A stretch of DNA of 19,001 nucleotides from Promethearchaeota archaeon (GCA_048939725.1 JBHLPG010000056.1:1-19001); one strand, 5' to 3'. Positions 7,248-16,718 are shown, counted from the first letter of the stretch. Numbers and translations: made by a program. Notes: generated from the letters alone by a model not told the origin.

Positions 7248-8225
7248 CTGATCTATAGCGATCGGTGGTTACCACTGTCAAGCATACTGCGAAGAATATT
7301 CAAAGGTAAGCCTGTTGAGAAATACGAAATAACTATCATTGGTCTCGACGGTGCAGGAAAAACTACAATCGTGAATCGATTATTACGCTCTGAATTTGTC
7401 CCTACAACACGAACTCTAGGTGTTAACTATCGTACTGTAAAATATCGTCAGATAGAGTTCAATTTGGTTGATTTGGGGGGGCAGGAAATCTATCGAAATC
7501 TTCTTTGGCACGATTCTTTAGATAAGGCTTCAGCTATCGTTTTTGTGTTAGATAGTGCTGATATTCGTATTTCCGAGGCATCTGAGGCTTTCTGGGATTC
7601 AATTCAGCGCAATGAAAAGGTTCCTGTCTTGTTTATTGCAAACAAAATTGATCTTCCAGGTGCTCGAGCATTTGACCGGATTGTTAAAGATCTCGATCTA
7701 CCACGTGCTCAAAGATCAGCGAGGTCCGTTGGACTTTTTCGAATCTCTGCAAAGACTGGTGAGAATTTTTACGATGCATTCGACTGGATAGCTGATATTC
7801 TCACGGGAGAAGAGTCTAAGTTTAAATGTAAGGTACGAGTGGTGATCTTAATCAATTTAGATACCCATCAGATATATACAACGAAATTCACGAACATAGA
7901 TCGTTTTGTTCTAGATCAATTGAATATGGGTATTAGTGAAACAGTAAAAGAGCTGTCAAAGAATTCAACTGGAATGGAGGTAATTACTGCGTCTGATTTG
8001 CAGCTTACTATAGTGAAGAATGATCCTTTAGTGATCGGCCTCATAATAGGCTATTCAGATTCTGTTGTGCGAGCTAAATTGATTGCTGAGAGGCTAATGA
8101 AAACAGCTTCTGCATCAATTGAAATTGATCAATTCGATTCACGAGTACTTTTAAAATTAATGAAGAAACAATGGCCTTTAGACATATACAAGCCACAAGT
8201 GCAAACTGAAGAAGAGACTGTCTGA
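7248..8225 (+). CDS. Arf/Arl-like small GTPase fused to a C-terminal longin/Roadblock-like alpha/beta domain (start codon unresolved)
   Basis: Arf-type motifs are present. P-loop GLDGAGKTT (7341-7367), TLGVNYRTVKY, G3 DLGGQ (7470-7484), NLLWHD, VFVLDSAD, G4 NKID (7641-7652), ISAKTGENFYDAFDWI. The ORF-track start GTG 7371 lies after the P-loop. The frame is open back to 7248, after TGA at 7245-7247. A non-GTPase extension of about 135 aa spans roughly 7818-8222. Confidence 0.8.
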   Translation: MIYSDRWLPLSSILRRIFKGKPVEKYEITIIGLDGAGKTTIVNRLLRSEFVPTTRTLGVNYRTVKYRQIEFNLVDLGGQEIYRNLLWHDSLDKASAIVFVLDSADIRISEASEAFWDSIQRNEKVPVLFIANKIDLPGARAFDRIVKDLDLPRAQRSARSVGLFRISAKTGENFYDAFDWIADILTGEESKFKCKVRVVILINLDTHQIYTTKFTNIDRFVLDQLNMGISETVKELSKNSTGMEVITASDLQLTIVKNDPLVIGLIIGYSDSVVRAKLIAERLMKTASASIEIDQFDSRVLLKLMKKQWPLDIYKPQVQTEEETV

Positions 8226-8228
8226 TAA

Positions 8229-10535
8229 TTAGAGATATTCTTTTATTCCCAGTAAATCCTTTCTACCGATTTCCGATTTACCTAGGAGCTTCTTTTCCAG
8301 TTCCATAAATTCTTTGATAATTCTCTCGTTAATACTGGGATGAATAGCCTTCTTGGCATCATGAAAATGACGTTGTTCAATTAATTCTGTGTTTAAATCC
8401 TCACGGAGAGCAATCATTACCGCTTCGCGGCATATTGCTGCAATATCAGCCCCTACATATCCATCTAGATCACTAGCGAGCTGAGAAAGGTTTACATCAT
8501 TACCTAACTTCATTCCGCTTGTGTGGATCTTTAGAATTTTCTCCCTAGATTTCAAGTCAGGAGGTTTCACTAAAAGTAATCGGTCAAATCTCCCAGGTCG
8601 GAGAAGGGCTGGGTCAATCATATCTGGTCGATTACTTGCTCCTAAAACCATAACATCACGTAAACTTTCTAAACCATCTATTAATGACAAAATTTGGTTT
8701 ACCACACTCTCTGTAACATGGCTTCCACCCGGAAAAGCGCCGCGGCGTGGAGCAATTGCATCTAACTCATCTAAAAAAATAATGGAAGGAGAAGCCTGCT
8801 TAGCTTTCCTGAAAACTTCACGAACGGCTTTTTCGCTTTCACCAACCCATTTTGATAATAATTCAGGTCCTCGAATAGCGATGAAATTGGCTTGACTTTC
8901 AGTAGCGACCGCTTTAGCCAAAAGGGTTTTTCCTGTGCCAGGAGGGCCATAAAGAAGAATGCCATGAGGAGGAGTGACACCATGGCGTTGGAAAATCTTA
9001 GGATGAGCTATAGGCCATTCGACAGCCTCAATAAGTTGTTGTTTCACTGTTTCTAGTCCTCCGATGTCTTCCCAATGGACATTTGGGATTTCAAGCAGTA
9101 CTTCCCTCATAGCTGATGGTTCTGTTATCTTAAGTGCTTCATCAAAGTTTTCTTTTGACACAACTAACTTCGAAAGAATCTCAGGAGTAAGGGGCTTGTC
9201 AAAATCAATTTTAGGCAGGACTTTTCTGAGAGTATGCATTGCAGCTTCTTTAGTAAGAGCAGCAATATCTGCTCCAACAAATCCATGAGTTTTAGCCGCA
9301 TATTCATGTAGGTCAACATCATCAGCTAAAGGCATTCCTCTAGTATGAACTAATAAGACCTCGTAACGGCCATTTTTATCTGGAACTCCGATTTCGATTT
9401 CTCTATCAAATCGGCCAGGCCGACGCAATGCAGGGTCAAGAGCATTCGGACGATTAGTCGCTCCAATTACAATGACTTTACCACGGCTCTTTAAACCATC
9501 CATTAAAGCGAGAAGTTGAGCTACAACACGTCTTTCTACTTCACCAGTAACCTCTTCCCGTTTCACAGCGATAGAGTCCAATTCATCTATGAAAATAATG
9601 CTAGGTGCCTCTTTTTCTGCATTTTGAAATATTTCCCGAATACGTTGTTCACTCTCTCCATAAAATTTAGACATAATTTCTGGACCCGCTATTGAAACAA
9701 AATTCACTCCTGATTCATTTGCAACTGCTTTCGCTAACAGAGTTTTTCCTGTTCCAGGGGGCCCATGTAATAAAACTCCTTTTGGGGGATCAATACCTAG
9801 ACGCTCAAAAAGTTCGGGGTGCTTCATCGGAAGTTCAATCATCTCCCGAACCCTTTTTATTTCCTCTGAAAGCCCTCCAATATCTTCATATGTCACACGT
9901 GGCATCATTCTAAGATCCTTAGGAGCTTCTTCGACAATTGTAACTTCTGTTGTATCTCCTACAGTTACGATGCCTTCTGGATCTGTTGCTACAACTATAA
10001 CTTTAATTTCACCCAAAGAAACAGGGCTTGTTGCCCCAAAGAATCTAGATATAAAATCATCCATTCCTGTACCAGTAGTTCCTCCTCCAGAAGGAGGTAT
10101 CTTCCTGATTTGTCCTGTGATAACTAGTAAATCTCCCCGAGAAACAGGATGATTCTGTAAGCGTTCACGAATAATCTCAGATCGAACTAAAAGACGAATT
10201 CTTTCTTCTGCGGGAGCAATCGTAATACGTTTTGCTTCTCGCTTCCTGATTTTCCGAATTCGAACTGTTTCCCCTAAACTTGTCCCCACATTTCCTCGAA
10301 TCAATCCATCCATCCGAATGATTTTTTTTCCCCGATCTTCTCTTCTTCCAGGTATGACCAATGCACCTGTTTTCTTACCTCCCGTCCTTTCACTGGCAAT
10401 CTCTACAATATCTCCAGTTTCTAATCCATTTTCCCGCATAATAGAATAGTCAACTCTGACTAATCCTCGGCCAACATCACCCTGGTTGGCTTCAACTACT
10501 TTTAAAAGTAGTTCCTTCTCATTATCATCTGTCAT
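8229..10535 (-). CDS. cdc48: CDC48/VCP/p97-type AAA+ ATPase (N domain plus D1 and D2)
   Basis: 768 aa with two Walker A motifs, [15 protein letters not shown]. Walker B motifs are IIFIDELD and IIFLDELD. Second-region-of-homology motifs are [23 protein letters not shown] and [23 protein letters not shown]. The N domain resembles the CDC48 N domain ([17 protein letters not shown]). Confidence 0.95.
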   Translation of the reverse strand: MTDDNEKELLLKVVEANQGDVGRGLVRVDYSIMRENGLETGDIVEIASERTGGKKTGALVIPGRREDRGKKIIRMDGLIRGNVGTSLGETVRIRKIRKREAKRITIAPAEERIRLLVRSEIIRERLQNHPVSRGDLLVITGQIRKIPPSGGGTTGTGMDDFISRFFGATSPVSLGEIKVIVVATDPEGIVTVGDTTEVTIVEEAPKDLRMMPRVTYEDIGGLSEEIKRVREMIELPMKHPELFERLGIDPPKGVLLHGPPGTGKTLLAKAVANESGVNFVSIAGPEIMSKFYGESEQRIREIFQNAEKEAPSIIFIDELDSIAVKREEVTGEVERRVVAQLLALMDGLKSRGKVIVIGATNRPNALDPALRRPGRFDREIEIGVPDKNGRYEVLLVHTRGMPLADDVDLHEYAAKTHGFVGADIAALTKEAAMHTLRKVLPKIDFDKPLTPEILSKLVVSKENFDEALKITEPSAMREVLLEIPNVHWEDIGGLETVKQQLIEAVEWPIAHPKIFQRHGVTPPHGILLYGPPGTGKTLLAKAVATESQANFIAIRGPELLSKWVGESEKAVREVFRKAKQASPSIIFLDELDAIAPRRGAFPGGSHVTESVVNQILSLIDGLESLRDVMVLGASNRPDMIDPALLRPGRFDRLLLVKPPDLKSREKILKIHTSGMKLGNDVNLSQLASDLDGYVGADIAAICREAVMIALREDLNTELIEQRHFHDAKKAIHPSINERIIKEFMELEKKLLGKSEIGRKDLLGIKEYL

Positions 10536-10602
10536 TTGACAAACAATTCCCTAATGCTTTTTTTCCTTAATTTAATCTAAGTTTGAAAGAATTATAATTA
10601 TT

Positions 10603-11409
10603 TCACCTGTCATTACCTGTTGAATTAATCAATTTATGAAGATATGCTTTTGCAGCAAGGACATCTTTCTTAGCAACCTCTACTGAGTCAGCTGTTTTAG
10701 AAATAATCAGGTGTATATTTTTTTCCTCCTGATATGCCTCAGGAAGTGATTTTATCCATACATCATGCTTTTGACGTACTTGTATTAAGAATGGGGCAAG
10801 TAATGATTCATCTGTAAAAGCTGAGGTGAACTCTGTCTCATAATAACCAATTTGCTTTTGATTTTTTAAAACAGAGATTTTCGTCTCAACTGCTTTATAC
10901 ATCTCCTTCATCTCACGGGGAACCCCTGGAAGACAAAAAATCCATGTATTCGAAAAATCGTGGATAAAAAAGATGCCAGGAGCAGTTCCTACTGGATTAT
11001 CAATAATTTCAGAACCTACTGGAAGAATTGCCATTTTTTTACGTGCTGGTGTAATCTCAGCAGTGTCTACTAGACCCTTATCAAATAGGTCTTTGTAACG
11101 CTTAGTTACCATTGATAAGGCTTCAATGTTAAGTTCAGTATTCACATTTAATGCTTTAGCTAAGAAGATTGCAGTCGAATCATCCCAAGTTGGGCCTAAT
11201 CCTCCTGTAATTAGAATAAGGCGATATCGACCAGAAGATATAAGGAGAGAAATTTCATTTGGAACTACATCTGGGTCATCAGGAAGGGTCAAGATTTTCT
11301 GAACAACAAAACCAAGGTTTGTGAGTTTTTTCGCAAGAAAGTTAGCGTTTGTGTTAACGGTTTTCCCTGACAGTAATTCATTTCCAACAGAAATCAAGCA
11401 CACATTCAT
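10603..11409 (-). CDS. cinA: CinA-like protein (MoCF-binding/COG1058 domain only, no PncC deamidase domain)
   Basis: MNVCLISVGNELLSGKTVNTNANFLAKKL, ILITGGLGPTWDD, GTAPGIFF and CLPGVPREMKEMY align closely with the CinA N-terminal domain as I recall it. At 268 aa it is too short to include the C-terminal NMN-deamidase domain. Confidence 0.7.
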   Translation of the reverse strand: MNVCLISVGNELLSGKTVNTNANFLAKKLTNLGFVVQKILTLPDDPDVVPNEISLLISSGRYRLILITGGLGPTWDDSTAIFLAKALNVNTELNIEALSMVTKRYKDLFDKGLVDTAEITPARKKMAILPVGSEIIDNPVGTAPGIFFIHDFSNTWIFCLPGVPREMKEMYKAVETKISVLKNQKQIGYYETEFTSAFTDESLLAPFLIQVRQKHDVWIKSLPEAYQEEKNIHLIISKTADSVEVAKKDVLAAKAYLHKLINSTGNDR

Positions 11410-11484
11410 TTATTAAAAGCCTCAAAAAAGTAAATCTGTTGATTTTACCACTCGATAGACATTTCTTTGGTCAAAACTCCTAAA

Positions 11485-11501
11485 AAGAAGAATATCTTCT
11501 T
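11485..11501. repeat. Perfect 7-bp inverted repeat AAGAAGA-ATA-TCTTCTT in the divergent intergenic region
   Basis: Read directly from the sequence. It lies between the divergently transcribed cinA-like gene and the 1171-aa gene. It could be an operator or a hairpin, and its function is unknown. Confidence 0.3.
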
Positions 11502-11791
11502 AATTTTTCTATCCAAAATGACTTGAATCTTTTCTATGTTCAATATGAGATTAAATTTGTTTAATAGAAATGTATTAATTTTTCTATGAATTATGAAGCA
11601 GGGTACTTATACTACAGAGCTCATTCAACATTTAAAGGTTAAATCTATTTGATCTGATTAGATTAATTTAAAAAAGGAGTAAGCTATCGTGAACTAAAGT
11701 ATGTCATTGTAATACACATATATAACTGAAACATATAAAGAACCCTCTCTGGAAGTAGTAACGAAAAGAAACTACACATCATCTTCAAAGG

Positions 11792-14700
11792 ATGCTTGTT
11801 AAAATGTCATCGGAAGGAAAGCTTCTGGTTTCAAAAGAAGTACTTCATAAAATTAGAGATTTAGTGACTGAGTTACGCTCAATTGACCCCACAGTGCAAG
11901 TTGTCTCCGCATTAAATGAAGCCCAAAAATTAGTGATAGAAATCGAAAAACTAGAGAAAGCCTTACCAAAAGCTGGTTTCTTTAAAAAGAGGGGAATTAA
12001 TAAAACTCTTACTCAAGATAAGGAAAAGTACAACAAGCTGACAGAGGAGTTACTAAACGCTCTTTTGGTTGGATTTCGTAAAATTTACTTTGATCTGGCA
12101 AATAACATCAAAGAAATAGCTAAATTTATCCCCCAGGAAACAGAAACTATTCGGAAACTGCAAATTCCAAGCTTTGATGTAAACGAAATCCTGAAGTTTA
12201 GTTCACAAGTTCTGAGGACATATAACCAGATTTCTGAGGTTTTACGAGGGAAAAATGTTTCAATTTTGTTATTTAATCGTGAGATTATCGAGCTTTATGG
12301 AAAATTTGTTAATTTTGATGAAGAAAAGGTTCAAGTGACAAATCAGACGACAAAAACAAGTATTCATGTGATGACAATACCCGATTTACTTGAAGTTTAT
12401 AGTCTTTTAGATGCTGAAAATGCGTATCTAAAGCAGCGGAGGAAAGGTACAGAAGGCAAAATACAATTGGCAATTGTTCAAATGTCCTCTGAACTACAAC
12501 AGCATATTGATACTGTTGCATCAATTGGTTTAGACCTTTGGAATAAAATTGATATTTTGAAAGAGGAAGTTCAAGACGTTCAGACAAGTGCGGACAGAAC
12601 AACTTCAGTTGAAACTCTTATCTCGTTAGAGAAACGACTTAATTCCCTTAGTAATGAGTTTATCAACATTTTACGGACATATGAAATATCCCTTAAGACA
12701 GAAACAGATGATCAAATTGGACGAATAATTCAGATCTTTGGGAAGGAAGGACTAGAGTCTACTTTTTCCCCAGCTCCAGAAACAGATATATCATCTACAA
12801 TTATTCCAACTATTATCCAGGATATCGAGAAAATTCGTTCTTGGCGCCAACAGCAGATAATTGCTACAAAAAAGATTCTTAGTACATCAGAGCTAATCAA
12901 TTCATCCAAAGCAATTCGTGCGATGAAGATACCAGTCCCTCCTAACATTGAGAAAGATGTACGGGCGATAGAGAAAGAAGCAGCAAAAACAAGCGACCTT
13001 CAAGAGTGGGTAGAACTAGCAAAAAGGTATCATGACTTGAAAACATCCCTTGCTGGCGAATGCCAGAATTATTTTTTCCGACTACTCGAAAATCCACATA
13101 TTCAAGAGGTCATTAACCTAAGTGAAGGGCCACAGATACCTACCATTCGCGATTTTGAAGCTCTTAGTCCCAGTGAATTAAGTAGTAAAGCTCGTGAGAT
13201 CAAGGATTGGGAGACTCGTTTGGTTGCTTATTTTTCTAAACCCGCTCAACAAAGCCTCAGACAGAATTTATTAAATTTATATGATTCTCGTGAAAGTTTA
13301 CGGGATATTATGTCACCTGAGTTGAAAGAACAAATCGATTATCAAAGAAAGCAGAAGATTGCAGAGGAAATTGATATTCGTGACTTAGTTCATGAGATTG
13401 AGGGGTTGCATAGACTTAATGCAAACATTAAAACTGAGCTTTGGAATAAAATAGATAATGAGATACATCCCATTTACAATCAACTTACAAATCTCGAAAC
13501 AATTCCTCCAAAATTAAAAATACATGTTCCAATTCTCACAATAGACGATTTAAAATCCTTCCGAGAAGAAGCCAGTGAAGCAGCTCAAAAAAGTATTCAG
13601 GAGCTGTTAGATGAATATGAAAAGATACCACTGTGGAAATACAAGATATCCTCCCGAATCCGTGAAAATTTGAAAGCAATTCCTTTTCCTTTAATACCTG
13701 TAGAGACACGATTCGATTTAAGGGAAAAACGTAATCAAATTGTTGATTTAATAGATGATTTTTCAGAACAAGGGAACATTGAAGCCGTAATCAAAGAATA
13801 TATTTCTTTCTTAGAAACAATTGAAGAAAATAAGAAGGAAATTCTTATTGAATTGAAAAAACAAATAGGGAATCTTGAAGGAGTCGATAGAAGACTCTTT
13901 AGATTATTAAAATCTCGGAAAACTAGTTTAATCTATTCTACAGATAAAGAAATAGATAATCTTGATTATTCTGAAGCTTTAACAGAATTCTGGCAATTAT
14001 CTGCCTTTATCGATCGAAAAGCTTCAACATTAGCAGAGCAAATGGAACGTGAGATTTCCTCTCATATACAGGACTATTCAAAACTTCCTAGTCAGTATTC
14101 AGGTTTTTTTGATGAAACCTTGAAACTTATGGAAGAGAAAATGGATGAAATTAAAACCCATAAAGATATTGTCCGTTTAGTTAATGTTTTTGAGAGTTAT
14201 AGCTTGGAAAGCTTACAAATGGCAAAAGATTCCTTAGCCAAACTTCATCAAAATCTCTATAATTGGCTGAGGGTTAGTCTCCCTAGGATAAATGAAATAA
14301 CACCTCTTCATGAAGCGATTTTTAGTGCGGAGAAGAAAGTTGCTGATTTTGAAGCTGAGGAAGTATCTCATGAGCGATTAGCTCACAAATTAAGACAGTT
14401 GATATTCCTTTATGATACGGAAATCTTGGCTGTTTTACTAGCACATGGAGTTCAGGAATCACGAAGGGTTCTGAAAAATGTTAACGACTTGAAAGATGTC
14501 GGGATCAATATTATTGAGTATGTTGGGAGTTATATCGAAAATTTCAGTCAAATAATTGTCAAAAACCAAGAAGATGTTCAATTACGAGAAGTAACTGATG
14601 TTTTCATCGAAATTGATAATTTACAGACTGATACTAAAGCTTGTCGTGAAATTCGATCCATGGGAAAACGCTATATTACTGAAATTCAAGATTCCGTGGA

Positions 14701-15307
14701 ATATTCATTTAATCATTATCAAATTGACTTACGTCAGGATGAACGAGTTGATCTAGCATATCTTAGCAAATTTCAAGAAATAGCAACGACTGATCACGTT
14801 AGTCGTTTAACTGAAGCTATCCTTGAATTAGCTGCAGTTAGAACCTCTGTAATTGAAATTATGAAAGCAATTGAGAAAAGTCGAAATGCTGCTCTACAGG
14901 CCGAGTTGGGGGAGTTAGAATATTATTCTGACATTCAAGAAGTGTTCAAACGATATACAAAGGAAGCATCAGAAAAGATATTCCCATTGTCAGAATTAAT
15001 TAAAGCTCGTGAGGAATTTCTTGATTCTCATGATCTTAGATATATTCTAGAGTTATTACCAAAAATAGATGAGCAAAGAAATGAGTGGAAAAACGTATCA
15101 ATACAGTTAAACCATTGGCACCGAGCTGTTCGAATGTTTCGACCTCGTTACACCCCAACAGAGAGTAGAGATGAAAATTTACGATTTTATAAAGAAATAT
15201 CTAAGAAAATCAAAGATACATATCCTCACAATGAAGTAATTCGTTCTTATTTAAGTCTAGTAATGAAATTACTAATTGAAATTAAATCTGGAATAAAATT
15301 GGAGTAA
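11792..15307 (+). CDS. Giant (1171 aa) all-helical/coiled-coil protein with internal periodicity, no recognisable enzymatic motif
   Basis: Uninterrupted 3.5-kb ORF rich in Glu/Lys/Ile/Leu and poor in Gly. Pro occurs mainly at helix boundaries. No Walker A (GxxxxGK[ST]) is present. An alternative start is ATG 11804. It lies 40 nt upstream of the tubulin-like gene on the same strand. Confidence 0.8.
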   Translation: MLVKMSSEGKLLVSKEVLHKIRDLVTELRSIDPTVQVVSALNEAQKLVIEIEKLEKALPKAGFFKKRGINKTLTQDKEKYNKLTEELLNALLVGFRKIYFDLANNIKEIAKFIPQETETIRKLQIPSFDVNEILKFSSQVLRTYNQISEVLRGKNVSILLFNREIIELYGKFVNFDEEKVQVTNQTTKTSIHVMTIPDLLEVYSLLDAENAYLKQRRKGTEGKIQLAIVQMSSELQQHIDTVASIGLDLWNKIDILKEEVQDVQTSADRTTSVETLISLEKRLNSLSNEFINILRTYEISLKTETDDQIGRIIQIFGKEGLESTFSPAPETDISSTIIPTIIQDIEKIRSWRQQQIIATKKILSTSELINSSKAIRAMKIPVPPNIEKDVRAIEKEAAKTSDLQEWVELAKRYHDLKTSLAGECQNYFFRLLENPHIQEVINLSEGPQIPTIRDFEALSPSELSSKAREIKDWETRLVAYFSKPAQQSLRQNLLNLYDSRESLRDIMSPELKEQIDYQRKQKIAEEIDIRDLVHEIEGLHRLNANIKTELWNKIDNEIHPIYNQLTNLETIPPKLKIHVPILTIDDLKSFREEASEAAQKSIQELLDEYEKIPLWKYKISSRIRENLKAIPFPLIPVETRFDLREKRNQIVDLIDDFSEQGNIEAVIKEYISFLETIEENKKEILIELKKQIGNLEGVDRRLFRLLKSRKTSLIYSTDKEIDNLDYSEALTEFWQLSAFIDRKASTLAEQMEREISSHIQDYSKLPSQYSGFFDETLKLMEEKMDEIKTHKDIVRLVNVFESYSLESLQMAKDSLAKLHQNLYNWLRVSLPRINEITPLHEAIFSAEKKVADFEAEEVSHERLAHKLRQLIFLYDTEILAVLLAHGVQESRRVLKNVNDLKDVGINIIEYVGSYIENFSQIIVKNQEDVQLREVTDVFIEIDNLQTDTKACREIRSMGKRYITEIQDSVEYSFNHYQIDLRQDERVDLAYLSKFQEIATTDHVSRLTEAILELAAVRTSVIEIMKAIEKSRNAALQAELGELEYYSDIQEVFKRYTKEASEKIFPLSELIKAREEFLDSHDLRYILELLPKIDEQRNEWKNVSIQLNHWHRAVRMFRPRYTPTESRDENLRFYKEISKKIKDTYPHNEVIRSYLSLVMKLLIEIKSGIKLE

Positions 15308-15347
15308 TATTCCCTATAAACAGATATTAAAAAAAGAGTGTGTCAAA

Positions 15348-16718
15348 ATGTCAATTGAAGGTGGACCAGAATCAGAGATCTTTGCAATTGGAATTGGTGA
15401 ATGTGGTAGTAATCTTGTGGGAAGCTACCTAGCCAGATCTAAGAAAGGCGAGCTACCTCAACGTATTAGAGAATATCTGGTACTAAATACTGATCGTGGC
15501 GATTTATTAAAAGCCCGAAAAAAATATTCCATTTCAAAAAATCGAACTCTTCTCTATTCAGACGCTGAAATTGGTGTCGGGGGAAAATTCTCTGCGGGAT
15601 ACGAATCGGTTATGAACTCTCAAGATATTATTCTAAATCAATTACAAGGTTTGGGCTACGAAGGGATTAGTGGTTTTTGCATTTTTACCAGCTTTGGGGG
15701 TGGAACTGGATGTGGGGGGACTCCTGCTTTAATACAATTGTTAAGAAAGCGGTTCGCTGAGGAGGAAAAGCGTAAGATCTTCATTTATGTTTTTGGGGTC
15801 TTACCATTTGTTAATCAATCATCTGAAGCAGTAAATAGTGTCTGGGCTTTATCAAAATTACTCCGACTTCAGCTTGAGGAAGGAAATATGGGACCTGATT
15901 TAATACTTCTTCTTTCTAACAGAACAATGCTTGAGAGGGTTTTAAGCTGGCAACGTGGGGAATCCGTTGATTTGTTGAGTCGTCAAATAGGAAAAGATCT
16001 AGCTGACTTGAGCAGTGAGCAAGTAAGCTCCAGTATTCCTGCTGTTATTGGCCAAGACGGGACAGCTTATCCAGCTCAGCTAGAAGAAGCATTTGTAGAA
16101 TTGGTTAACCCTCTAGCCTTGGAATCCATAGCTGAAATGTTATCCCCAGGAGTACCTGAAGTTGGGAAAGAAGTCTTACCTACAACTGATATTGGTGATT
16201 TCGCTCTAAAATTAGATAGTGTGGTTGTTCCAGCTATGTTTGATGATTTAGCTGTTTTTCCAGAAGTTGGAGGGATGGATTCACAGCTTTCTACTGCAGT
16301 TGAATATACTCTTTCTAATTGTAGCTTGACAGATATGGGAACAAACCCCACAGCTTCTTCTGTTTTTTCGGTACTCAGTGGACCACAGAATATTGCACGC
16401 GTAGAATATGATCCGCTTTTGAAAAAAGCATTGGCACCTTTTTTAGCTAAAGGAGCAAGTATCTCTCCAACATATTGTGCCTATGATGATGATAATACAA
16501 GAGCATCTCTTCTCCTGTTATTCGGCCTTCCAAAAATCCCAGAACTTCATGATATTCTTGAAGAAGCTAAAGCACTCATAAACCTTCATAGTGGAGACTC
16601 TGAATTAAAACAACATTGGTTTAAACGGTCTAAAGGTACAACACGAAAGGAATTGGAAGAAGCAGTGAGCGATTTAGAAAAATTATTTGGATATTATATT
16701 AAACCAGAAAAAGTTTAA
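15348..16718 (+). CDS. Divergent tubulin/FtsZ/CetZ-superfamily GTPase
   Basis: T1-like GIGECGSNLVG (15390-15422), NTDRGDL (15486-15506), tubulin signature GGGTGCGG followed by TPALIQLL (15696-15719 onward), VLPFVNQSSEAVNSVWALS, LLLSNRTML, and T7-like TTDIGDF followed by ALKL (16182-16202 onward). Confidence 0.8.
   Translation: MSIEGGPESEIFAIGIGECGSNLVGSYLARSKKGELPQRIREYLVLNTDRGDLLKARKKYSISKNRTLLYSDAEIGVGGKFSAGYESVMNSQDIILNQLQGLGYEGISGFCIFTSFGGGTGCGGTPALIQLLRKRFAEEEKRKIFIYVFGVLPFVNQSSEAVNSVWALSKLLRLQLEEGNMGPDLILLLSNRTMLERVLSWQRGESVDLLSRQIGKDLADLSSEQVSSSIPAVIGQDGTAYPAQLEEAFVELVNPLALESIAEMLSPGVPEVGKEVLPTTDIGDFALKLDSVVVPAMFDDLAVFPEVGGMDSQLSTAVEYTLSNCSLTDMGTNPTASSVFSVLSGPQNIARVEYDPLLKKALAPFLAKGASISPTYCAYDDDNTRASLLLLFGLPKIPELHDILEEAKALINLHSGDSELKQHWFKRSKGTTRKELEEAVSDLEKLFGYYIKPEKV

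Noticed and set aside
7253-7309. TAG at 7256-7258 after ATG 7244 might be decoded as pyrrolysine.
   Set aside because: Reading through TAG in that frame gives only about 20 more codons before TAA at 7307-7309. It never enters the GTPase frame, so it does not solve the start problem.
7555-7791. 78-aa plus-strand ORF in an alternative frame inside the GTPase gene.
   Set aside because: It overlaps the conserved Arf-like coding frame entirely and has no independent support.
8229-8240. The CDC48 C-terminus ...KEYL has a penultimate Tyr, like the HbYX proteasome-docking motif.
   Set aside because: The residue before Tyr is Glu, not hydrophobic, so it is not a canonical HbYX. This cannot be judged without comparing orthologs.
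8521-10152. Five short ORFs within the CDC48 locus. Four are on the plus strand (8521-8895, 9064-9288, 9692-9913, 9970-10152) and one is in a second minus-strand frame (8771-8983).
   Set aside because: All are embedded in the strongly supported CDC48 gene, either antisense or out of frame. They are typical shadow ORFs.
12309-12948. Minus-strand ORFs at 12309-12602 and 12730-12948.
   Set aside because: They are antisense to the uninterrupted 3.5-kb ORF and have no motifs or start signals.
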